Positions 39,001-51,000 of a stretch of 64,000 nucleotides of DNA are shown here, one piece after another. Numbering within the stretch: position 1 is the stretch's first letter; every line of letters begins with the position of its first letter. Origin of the DNA: Bugula neritina (Eukaryota; Animalia; Bryozoa). A model generated the notes under the pieces. It was not told the DNA's origin, made no database searches, and saw only the letters and a list, made by a program, of their open reading frames with translations. The position numbers were made by a program, and so were the translations under genes. The stretch is from NCBI GenBank assembly GCA_964035545.1, contig OZ037768.1, positions 7,038,741 to 7,102,740 on the forward strand, given 5' to 3'.

Positions 39001-42000
39001 GTGACAAATGTTTCTGAGGCTACAATAGTAGAGAGTGACAAAGTGCCTTTGGAGCAATCTGTTCAAGAACTCCAACCACAAAAGACTCAACCAACAGAGT
39101 TACACTCAACTATAGCAGAAGTTGAGGAAATTCCAGCTGTGACTGATAGTAAACCTACTGCATCGCAAGCCGATGAAGTGGTATTGGAGGAAACCGAACC
39201 AAAGAAGCAAGAACAATCCACACCAATGACAGAATTGATGGAACCTGTTGTCGAAACTGAAGATCAAATTACAGTGACAGACATTTCTGAAGCTAAAGTA
39301 TTAGAGAGTGACAAAGTGCCTTTGGAACAATCTGTTCAAGAAATTGAACTGCAAACTACCCAACCAACTGATCTCCAGACTTATACAGTAAAAGTTGAAG
39401 AAGTACCAGCTGTGACTGATAGTAAACCTACTGCATCGCAAGCTGACGAAGTGGTGTTTGAGGAATCTGTACCAAAGAAGCAAGAACAATCCACACCAAT
39501 GACAGAATTGATGGAACCTGTTGTCGAAACTGAAGAACAGATTACAGTGACAGACATTTCTGAAGCTAAAGTATTAGAGAGTGACAAAGTATCTTTGGAG
39601 AAATCTGTTCAAGAAGTTGAACTGCAAAATACCCAACCATCAGATCTCCAGACTTCTACAGTAGAAGTTGAGGAAATTCCAGCTGTGACTGATAGCAAAC
39701 CTGCTGCATCGCAAGCTGACGAAGTGGTGTTTCAGGAAGCTGTACCAAAGACACAAGAGCAAGCTACACCAATGACAGAACTGATGGAACCTGTTGTCGA
39801 AACTGAAGAACAGCTTACGGTGACAAATGTTTCTGAGGCTACAATAGTAGAGAGTGACAAAGTGCCTTTGGAGCAATCTGTTCAAGAACTCCAACCACAA
39901 AAGACTCAACCAACAGAGTTACACTCAACTATAGCAGAAGTTGAGGAAATTCCAGCTGTGACTGATAGTAAACCTACTGCATCGCAAGCCGATGAAGTGG
40001 TATTGGAGGAAACCGAACCAAAGAAGCAAGAACAATCCACACCAATGACAGAATTGATGGAACCTGTTGTCGAAACTGAAGATCAAATTACAGTGACAGA
40101 CATTTCTGAAGCTAAAGTATTAGAGAGTGACAAAGTGCCTTTGGAGCAATCTGTTCAAGAACTCCAACCACAAAAGACTCAACCAACAGAGTTACACCCA
40201 ACTATAGCAGAAGTTGAGGAAATTCCAGCTGTGACTGATAGTAAACCTACTGCATCGCAAGCCGACGAAGTGGTATTGGAGGAAACCGAACCAAAGACAC
40301 AAGAGCAAGCTACACCAATGACAGAACTGATGGAACCTGTTGTGGAAACTGGCGAACAGCTTGAAGAGACAAATGTGTCTGAAGCTGAAATATTAGAGAG
40401 TGACAAAGTGCCTTTAGAGCAATCTGTTCAAGAAGTTCAACTGCAAAATACCCAACCATCAGATCTCCAGACTTCTACAGCAGAAGTTGAGGAAATTCCA
40501 GCTGTGACTGATAGTAGACTTACTGTATCAAAAGCTGATGAAATGGTGTTGGAGGAGTCTGAATCAAAGACACAAGAACAATCCACACCAATGACAGAAT
40601 TGATGGAACCTGTTGTAGAAACTGAAGAACAGATTACAGTGACCAAAATTTCTGAAGCTACAATATTAGAGAGTGACAAATTGCTTTTGGAAAAATCTGT
40701 TATGGAAGTTCAACTGCAAGATACCCAACCATCAGACCTACAATCATCTACAACAGAAGTTGAGAAAATGCCAGCTGTGACTGATAGCAAACTTATTGAG
40801 ACTAAGCCTTCTGTAGAAGAAGCTGAAGATGTTCAGATAGAGCAATCTCATTTTGATATCCAAGAGCAAAAGACTGAACCACTTGAGTTGTCATTTCCTG
40901 CCGTTGATGTTGAGCACAACACTGACATTCTGAAAAGTAGCCAGCCTACAGTAAAGACAGTTGATGAAGTTTTGTTGGAGAAACCTGCTAAAGAGGATCA
41001 AATGCAGAATGTTTCAGTCACGGAACTTCGCGTACCTGTAAACATGCTTGAAGAACAGTCTAAACTTTCAAGTGAGGTTAAGCCAACACTTGGTTTAACT
41101 GAAGGACTTCCCATGGAAGACTCTGTTCAAGACATTCTAATACAGAATGCACTTACCAAAGAATCTGACATTTCTTTTGAAGAAGTAGGTGATAGCTCTG
41201 AGCCGCTCACTATGCAGATAGATGATGTTAGTGTACAACACACACCTGAGAACCTGACAGAGCTTGATATACAGGTCAATGTTTCTCAAGGTCCTGATAA
41301 AGTTAAATCCCCAATGTCACCAGTTGATGAGTCAATGGTGGTTCCTGAAGAAAAGTCTGTGATAGCTTTCAAGTCAGAAGAAACTCTTTCTACTTCAACT
41401 ACCATAGAGCAGGTATGCTTAGGCACTTCTTTATCTCCAGCTGATATTGCATTTTCGCAAAGACTTTTAAATTTCAACATGATTACATAAAATATTTTGA
41501 TTGGATACATTTATTAGATGTGTTTAGCTCAATGTTTGACTTCATGGCTAGCTTTGAGCTACGGAAATCACCTTTAAATTTAAAAAAAATGTTATTTTTA
41601 GCATCTTCGAATTACTTAACCAATTACAGTGAGAAGCTGTAAACAAAGCAATAGTACGCATATTTTGCTCAAAACTGTTTGTAAAAAGGCCACTTGAATT
41701 CAGAAAATTTTCGTCATTTTGCAGAGTTTTCCAGACGTTTCTGTGGACCAGACATTAGACTTGAAATCCAGCGAGATTGTAGTTACTGGTGAGTGTGATC
41801 ACTATATGCCACATATACTCAGATTCATTGGTTGCTAGACAAATGCACACAGACTGCAGTCACTGTATTACATCCATGTGAGGATTGACTATTGAGTCTG
41901 CAAATCATGCCTGATACACATTTACTGATGCTACTAAAATTGCAGCTAGTTTTGAAGTTGCTGGCAGTTATTTACATAACTTTTAGAGTATCTGCTATTA

Positions 42001-45000
42001 ATATTGATGAGATTAGGCATAGTTTATTGAATACAAGCTGTTTATATGCACAAGTAGAACATGAATTTTTTCAATATACGATTATAGACACGTAAAACTA
42101 GTTTGTGCAAGTAATTAGCTATTTAATGCATCTGCTTAATTGCTGGATTGCATAATGCATTACGGTACATGCAATTAGTGCAGTGATATATACTCTCATT
42201 TTAACACTGATATCACTGCAACATCTTGTTGAAACGGAGTCAGTGGGTTGGGGTGGTATGGGGCTATGTAGCTTGTGGTGCTATGGGTTTACTGTTTAGT
42301 CGAGGCATAGCAATTATAAACAGCCGCCGCTCTCTATCTCTTTCAGATTCTGAAGAATCCTCTATCTCCAGTGTCAGAGATGCTGTTGGTAAGCTTTATT
42401 CTCAATACTTCAGAAGGTTTATATGCATGGTGTGCTGTGAAGTTTTCAGTTGAAAGTCATTTTATACTCTTTGATGGTTCAACAGTTTCTAGCTTCTAGG
42501 TTGATGTTGTAAATTTGCCAACTGATGGTAATTTTTGAGTTAATTTGACTTGGATTTAGGAAACAAATTCACAACACAACAAAAAATGTTTTCTTGTATT
42601 TACTGTAGTTTCCAATGCATGCACTGGTGTGCTGAGAGTTCCTGCATGGAAACATCATACTTCTTATGTAGATTAATAGTAACTTGTGTAGACTGAAAGT
42701 TTAACTAGGATCTAAATTGTTCTTAATTTTATTTGTGCATATTATTATGCATTTTAATTGTATTTTAATTAAATTACATGCATTTTAAATTGAACTATTT
42801 CTCATTTAAATTCAATTGAAATATATATAAGTTTGAATCAGCACTAAACCAGTTGAGAATTGCTTGTTTTCATTTATATACCAGTATTTAGTAGCATGCC
42901 ATGTGCTGTTAGTTGAAATGCTCACTTGATTTGAAGTATTAATATACCTCGTATTATCTGCACGGACTCTGTTGACCCCCAGCATACTAGTTGATGCATC
43001 TGCTTTTTAGTTACCCCTAAAACTGAAGATGTTAGTTACACCACTGAGCAGACCTCCCTTCCCCCACTATTCACCACCCCTCTTCATGAAGAAGGGGCGC
43101 CAGTTAGTTCCCCCGTATTTATTCAACCGTTGGAAAGCGTGGAAGAGGCATTACCTTTGCAGCTCACTGAGCAGTTGTCAAATGTTTCAGTCGACACTGA
43201 GATCGAGCCAGTTTCCTCCGAGGAAGTTCGAGAAGAGCTGGTGGTGCTTGAACTCCAAGCTGACCTTAAGTGGGCAAAATGTTAGTTTTATGCGCTTCAA
43301 TCTTTTGCTATTGCATGTTCAACCCAACATTTGATATACAAGTTTTTTGTTTATAATGAAATCAACATGTTGTTAGCTATGTTTAGGGATACTCTTGCAT
43401 TCTCAGATTGAATTCATTTACCAATTTGCTTTAAAGTCAGCTATACTTTTTGTTAATGATACATTCATTGCTCTACAATAAATAGCTGCATGATAAATTA
43501 GAATAATTAGAGTTCCATTTTCCAACCTCCTTTAGCTTTGCTCTGGGCTGATGCACATGTCCTATGCTGTGAATTACCGTGGGTACACTAAACCTTAGGG
43601 TATACAGCATGAAAATATTTAGGAATATAGAAAATACAAACTGTTTTCACACTGTCCACCTTTCTGGGGACGGATCATAATTTCGAAGGCCCATTGCTCT
43701 GAAGGTTCATTAGTCCGAAAATATCTGCCCAGTATGCATTAACTGAACAAGTTGTTATTTTGATTACATCATAATATATTACAATAGAAGTAGAATAACT
43801 TTTAAAATCATTGATAGTATACGGCCCCTGACCTATCCATATTATGATTACATCGTACCTATATATTGGCTAATTTACAATTACTCTTCATTTTATTGTT
43901 TTTTTATATTAATTTTTTCCCTTTTGTATTTTAGCACCAGGGCAGCCAAAGGAAGTAGCAACTGGAGAAGCCAGCTGGACACCTGACCAGCAGAATGAAG
44001 GTTTGCAACTGATATCTACTGTAGAGCTATTATTCACTTACCTTGTGGTGTTGTCAGTGTTAGTCGCACTGCTACTGCAGCTACTACTAAAGATTTTCAA
44101 ATCTGTTTACAAATGTGGAAATAGACAGAAAAGCTATTTATTATGTTCTGCAGCTGTAGGCTGATAGGAGTGTTTGAAAATTTTGTTTATTGCCGTTTTT
44201 GCATGTTTGCATATTATGCAGAGCTATTGTGAAGCAACTGACATTTTTTTGGTTATTATTTGGTGGCATCAGAATGTTATTAATTAGCTGTGAAGTGTCA
44301 TCTGCTTGGTAGTTTAGTAACTGAGTGTTTAGAAATTTACTAGGATTTGTTTTACTTGATTTTTGTGCGGTTTTTGTTTAACATAGTTTAGTTTCCTAGT
44401 GTTTAATATTTTTGTTTTTGTGATTAAGCTTTTACTATTCGAAATTAATGGAGAAAGAAGAATTTGTGGTGTAATGAATTCTATGGCAGGATGCTTTGCT
44501 CTGCTAATATTCATTTGTTTCAATTTCAGTGATCATAAATTAGTGTGCAATGATGATGTGACTCGACATATCATTATAGCACAAGTTCTTCATTTCCCTT
44601 TGCTTCCAGCCTGGTGTTCAAGTGCATAGTCATTTAAAGCAAATGGCATGCACTTGTAACTCACTTTTTATTGACTTCAAGGGAAACTGGTGCTACCTCA
44701 CATAGTTATCAGATATGCAAAATATTAATGGCTTTCCCTTTTGACAAATTCTCTCAACTTTAGCCAACAATGTCTGATGATTGAATAATCATGCTTTCTT
44801 AGTCAAAATATTAGTATCACAATGTGCTTTGCTGCAGCTTCCCTTCAAGAAAGCCTTCATTTTAATTCTAATTCATGACAGGTGGAATTTTTTGTGTACA
44901 TCTTCTTTAAAAAAGTATTGAATTGTCAAGAAACTAATAAAGTGTTTGAACCTCAATTCAATGAGCCGTTTTGTAAAATGAAAACTGTGGCAATCACAAT

Positions 45001-48000
45001 TCTCACAATTGAACATTGCAAGTGACTGTTTTCCCCTTCATTGCTAGATATGTGCATAGTGAAGATGTTGATTGAAATCGGCGTTCCACCTGTCATTTTT
45101 CAACCAACCTGTGTATATATGCTCCAGTGTGACTCTCACGTACACGTATATTCATATTTCTTCAGTTCATATAAATTGTAATCGTTTAGAGTTTTCAAGT
45201 TGCTTCAAATCCATGCATATTGTGTTTGATTGTTTCACTGCATATGTCTCAGTCGAGAGGCTTTGATAGTTTTTCTTACCACCATTTATGATGGCTTTTC
45301 TCTTTGCATCTTTTAACCTCTGCAACTGTACAGATTTCTGTTCAATAAATTGTTTTCTCTTCTTTGTGCCCCGTTTTATTGCTTTCCCAACTGTTGTATG
45401 TTTGTTTTTAAATTGTACCTTTGTGCATTTTGTCTGTCTTTGTGTAGCGTGTGTGCTTGCATGTGTTGAGGTGTGTGAGTTTTCAGTCTTGAATTTATTG
45501 CCTTGACCTGCATGGTTTTGATAAACACTGATGCATGATGAACATATTTTTATTTTAGATGTGTGCTACGAGGTCGTGTTTGGACAGATTGACAATATTC
45601 TCTTTAAAACATCATAGATGAACTGTAATTTTAATTGTCATCGTTAGCTTGTCTCCTTATATAAAGCTTATAAAAATATATATATTCTAAATAGTTACAA
45701 TTTACAAGAATTTTTTTATATCTTTTGTGTAATGGAATCTAATACATTGTAAGTATTATTTATTTCTTCAATTGAAATTGAACTTTTTTGTGAGCTTCCT
45801 GTGTTCTATTACATTCTGTGTGCTAGTTTTATTTTATGATACAATTAATTTTATTCCATCTTTGTTTTTATACTATTTAATGGTTTTCTGTTTTTGGCTG
45901 TGAATACCCATTATTATGATTATGTGACCATTTTGTTAATGAATGATAAATAAATATTTTAGCTGTGGCTCCTCACCAAGTTTTGCCAATAAGCAAGAGT
46001 GTGGTTAAAGACAGTTCCCCAGTTGATGTAGCAGAAGCCGAAGTGGTGCTACCCCAGCAAGAGGCGCCAGAAATTCTCACATGCCTTATTGACTCAGAAG
46101 CCGAAATTGGAACAGCTGTTACTTTCGAAGTTGTCATTAGAGGTGCTGTATATATGTTTATAGTTGAGCAGGTCAACCAGTTTACAGCATATTGACAAAT
46201 ATCCATTTTGCATTTTTCCAATTTAATTCTGCTATTTTGTTATAAAGGGAAAAAACAAATTACGCTACATTACTATTTTTTAAATGGGTTAGTTCTGCTG
46301 CAATACAATGTAATACTATGCAGTCAATTTATTTAGAGATACCTAGTCTCTTATTATGGCACATGAGAAATTTTATAAGCATTGCTCTCTCTTTGTTAAC
46401 AGGCATTCCTCAGCCAACAATTGAGTGGTATATAGATGAAGATGTCATCCCACTTGATGATGAATATTATGAAATGACTTTCTATGAAGGTCGGGCAAAG
46501 CTGTTCATGAAAACAGTAGATGTTCATGATGAAGGAGAATATATGGTTGTTGCGACCAATGAATACGGTTCTGCCTCTTCCTCATGTGAACTCACAGTTA
46601 TTGGTAATTTGGTGATAGTTTTAGTAGACTGCAGCACCTACAGTGATGACAAAAAAACTGCCTTTTTGTGAAATAATGTGGTTTTTAGCCTATTTTTGTA
46701 TTTACTTGCAGGATTTATTGAGCAGTAATACTTATATTTTCTTTGTTTTTAGCTGGTGACGGAAAAGCTCCAGAATTTTCTGTTGCGCTTGAACCAACTC
46801 AAGTTCTTGATGGAGAAAAGACAACTTTAACCGTGATATATGATGCTAAACCTACTCCAAACGTGCAGTGGTTTAGAAATGACGTTCTCCTAATTCCTTC
46901 AGCTGATTTTGCAATAGTCACGGATGCGACCAAGAGTTGTCTTACTATTGAAGACTCCATGCCAGAAGATTCGGGCCTGTACAAAGTGGTTCTCACCAAC
47001 CCACATGGCGACGCTGTGTCAGTGGCATCAGTTGAAGTTGTTGAAGAAGAAGAGCAAGTCACGGAGCTGGTAACTAGTCTAGCAGAAACCATACTTGAGG
47101 AGGATGTGACTGAAGTGACTGAAAACACGATTCAACAAGATGTTAACATATCACACATTGTACCTGAAGTTAAAGAAGTTCTATACTCTGCTACTGATGT
47201 TCCGGACAGCCAAGTTGAAGTCATTTCAACAGATACATATAACGTTTACAACGAGAATGCTACAGACACTCAATTCAGTGCTAAGGTTATGCCCACAGTT
47301 TGCGAGGACCATCTTCACGAGTTGCAGAAGGATGAGGATGTTTTGATGACATCTGCTCACTCAGCAGAAGATGTTCCAGAAGAACTTGAAGACGGGCAAA
47401 CAACCTTAAAAGAAACTATCGCACCATCCGTTAGTGAAATAGTCCAGTTTAGTGAAACTACTACGAATCAAGATGTCAAACTTGATGATAGTGTGTCAGC
47501 TGAAATCGTTGTTGATACTGTGGAAACACAATCAAAAGAAACAACTTCACATGTTCCAACTCTCATTCAAGAAGATTTAACTTCTACAGTGCAATCTTCT
47601 AAACCAGTGGATGTTGCTGTTTCCAGTTCACAAGATGTCACCTTGGAAACGGACAAGAATGAATTAACAACAGTAGACTCTCTGACCAAGCACATTACCA
47701 TGAAGACAGAAGAGGTTTCGACTTCTGAAGATGTTGCACCAACAATACCAATGTCTGAAACACCAACTGAAATCACCGTTGATCAAAATCAGCCTACAAA
47801 ATTGCTTGTAACAGTCGACACTTCACCATCTGTAGTTGATAAACCGGTGTTTACTTCTACTTCATTAAAGGAAGTAGATGCTACTTCGGTTTTGCCCGTA
47901 GACACCACCTTAGAGGCTTCGTCTTCTGAGAAGTTGTATGCTACAAGTCTAGCAACTACCATTGCGCATAAAGAAGACTCTGAGCAATCGTTAGAAATTT

Positions 48001-51000
48001 CACCAAACAATTCACAAATGGCATCTAGCAAAGATGTAGTGATTAAATCTCAGTCCAGCGATACAAGTTCTGTTGCTTTTGTCATACAAGAGAGTGTCTC
48101 TGATGTGGCTGAGTCATTGGCTGAAGCAAGTCCTTCATCTGTCAAAGAACTGTCCACTTCTATCTCAGAAGTCACATTGGAATTAGATAGATCAGATGCT
48201 GATCAATTGATTGCCAAGACCCCAATATCTGCCAATGAAGAGCTCTTAAATGAGACCACTACTTTGGGTGATGTTGAAATCGAGTCGCAATTGTTAACTG
48301 ATGTTGATATTTCAACTTCTGTCAGTCAGCTTGATACAAGCCAAACACAAATACAACCTGTTCTAGAAAAATCTGAAACCTTCAGTTCGAAACCTTCTGA
48401 AGAAGTTGAAATTGTTTCAGTATCGCAACTTTCAGTTGTTGAAATGGATTCTAACAAACCATCTGAAGATATTCAGGTCACTACCATCTCAGCTGTAGCA
48501 TATGAACAATTTTTGTCTGTTTCTACTGATTTGAACCAGATTAAGACAGATGCAGCCATTCCTACAGAAAGTAACATTCCATTATCATCTCTAGAAACTG
48601 AAACAAAACCTATAGTTGCGAATCTGTCGGATTCTGTCATAACACCTTTAGAAAAGACATCTCCTGTAGTTTCACAAGTTTCCGATAAACCTGTATTGCA
48701 AGATGAGATTTCGCCAGTTGAAATGCCAGTGGCTCCAGTACAACAACCATCTGTTGCTCAAGAGAATGTTAGTGGGGAAGCACCAGAACCAATGGATGAG
48801 CCTGTACCTAAAGTAGTTTTGACAACAGCTACTTTGAACGATGTTGACAACATTTCAGATACGGCTAATTCAGAGCAAAAACCAGCATTGGCTCCCGTGG
48901 ATGTTTCACAAGTGAAAGCCAGTTTTAGCTCCGAGTTCACTGGCCCACAATATGATTCAACGGCTCCTGAAGAACTTGACTGTATCACTGACAGTCATAG
49001 CCAGGAAACTATACCCGTTTCTGTTACTACACTAGAACAAACTGTCGGGGAATTTTCAGTCACTCCACTTGAAACATCAAAACAAGACGTCAGTCAAAAA
49101 GAAGAAGTAGATGTAATTCTTGAAGAGGTTTCACCAGCTCAACCTTTAGCAAAAGTTGAAACTGGCATAACAGCGATTGATGCTAATACCACGCAGAAGT
49201 TAGAAGAATTTGAGATTGAATCAGTGGCACCACAAGAAATAGTTGTTACTGAAGATCAATCTGATTCAGTTCATCTACAAGCCGCTACAGCACCTTCTGT
49301 TGCCAGTGCTAAACTTGACAAGGCTGATGAGTTGTCGGAAATTCCTTATGATAGCACAGTTCCTGAAGAAATTCATGGTATCACTGACAATCATGGCCAA
49401 GCAATCATCCCTGTTTCGGTTACCACACTAGAGCAAACTGTGGATGCATCATCAGTCACTCCATTTGAAACATCAAAACAACATGTCAGTCAAAGGGAGA
49501 AAGTAGATGTAACTCTTGACCAGGTTTCACCATCTCAACCTTTAGCAAATGTTGAAACTGGCATAACAGCGATTGATGCTAACACCACGCAGAAGTTAGA
49601 AGAATTTGAGATTGAATCAGTGGCACCACATGAAGTAGTTGTTACGGAGGATCAGCCCGATACAGTTCATCTACAAGCCGCTACAGCACCTTCTGTTGCC
49701 AGTGCTAAACTTGACACGGCTGTTGAGCTATCCGAAATTCCTTACGGTAGCACAGTTCCTGAAGAAATTGATAGTATCACTGACAGTCATGGCCAGGAAA
49801 ATATACCTGTTTCTGTTACCACACTAGAACACGCTGTGGATGCATCATCAGTCACTCCCCTTGAAACATTAAAACAAGATGTCAGTCAAAAGAAAGAAGT
49901 AGATGTAATTCTTGACAAGGTTTCACCAGCTCAAACTTTAGCTAATGTTGAAACTGCTGTAGCAGCAGTTGATGCTAATACAACAGAACAGTTAAAAGAA
50001 TCTGAAATTGAATCAGTGGCACCACATGAAGTAGTTGTTACGGAGGATCAGCCCGATACAGTTCATCTACAAGCCGCTACAGCACCTTCTGTTGCCAGTG
50101 CTAAACTTGACAAGGCTGATGAGTTGTCGGAAATTCCTTGTGATAGCACAGTTCCTAAAGAAATTGAGATTACAACTTCTAAGGCAACGTGTGAAGCTCC
50201 TACAATACACAAAATTTCCGAACAATTGGATTTTGATCTGCACCAAGAAATGAAGCTCTCTGTAGATTACACTGCTGATGAAGCTCCAGAAGTCACGTGG
50301 TTTAAGGATGATGAAGAGATCACTGATTCTCAGAACACAATGTAAGATATTTTTATCATTTAAGTAAATACAAAAACTTTTTGTCGGATCACCCTTGTCA
50401 ATTTAGTAATTGATATAGTTAACATCAAATAATTTTTAATACGATGTGCTTTACAACATTTGTTGTTTATGTTGTAGAATCATCACTGACGAGATGATGT
50501 CAACATTATTAATAAAAGAATGTACGGTAGATGATGAAGGAGACTATGAAGTGGTCATTTCTAATGTTGCTGGGGAAGCCAGTCATATGTTTGAAACCAT
50601 TGTGAATGCTGAGAAACCTGTTATTGTCCAAGCTCTTCCGGATAATGTTGACGTGATTCTCCACCAGCCAGCAATGCTAACAGTGAAATTTGACAGCCCA
50701 ATGGAAACCAAAGTGTCGTGGATGGCCAACGGCGTGACTCTGGAAGACTCCGTCAAGTATCAGATAACAACTACAGAGAGTGAGACAAGTCTCCGAGTTG
50801 CTGACACAATCAAAGATGATGCTGACATGGTTTACACGTGCAGGGTAAAGAATATAGCTGGACATACAGAGACAGCTTGTTCTCTCACTACTATTTGTAA
50901 GTTGTTGTTTTGGTTGCAAATAAATTTTTATTTTGGATTTTTTTATTGTGTGATTTTTGTAAAAATGTTGATGGTTTTGTAGTAATTACTTGTAAAAGAG

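Noticed and set aside
35025-40790. Regular arrays here and at 16.8-18.2 kb and 30-31.6 kb as CRISPR or non-coding satellite
   Set aside because: No unique spacers; units are 3n long and lie in open frames of a spliced eukaryotic gene
44329-45506. Short intronic ORFs in AT-rich introns (also at 2264, 3872, 13587, 25022, 53155 and elsewhere)
   Set aside because: Low-complexity F/L/I/C-rich translations with no splice-phase fit or domain signature
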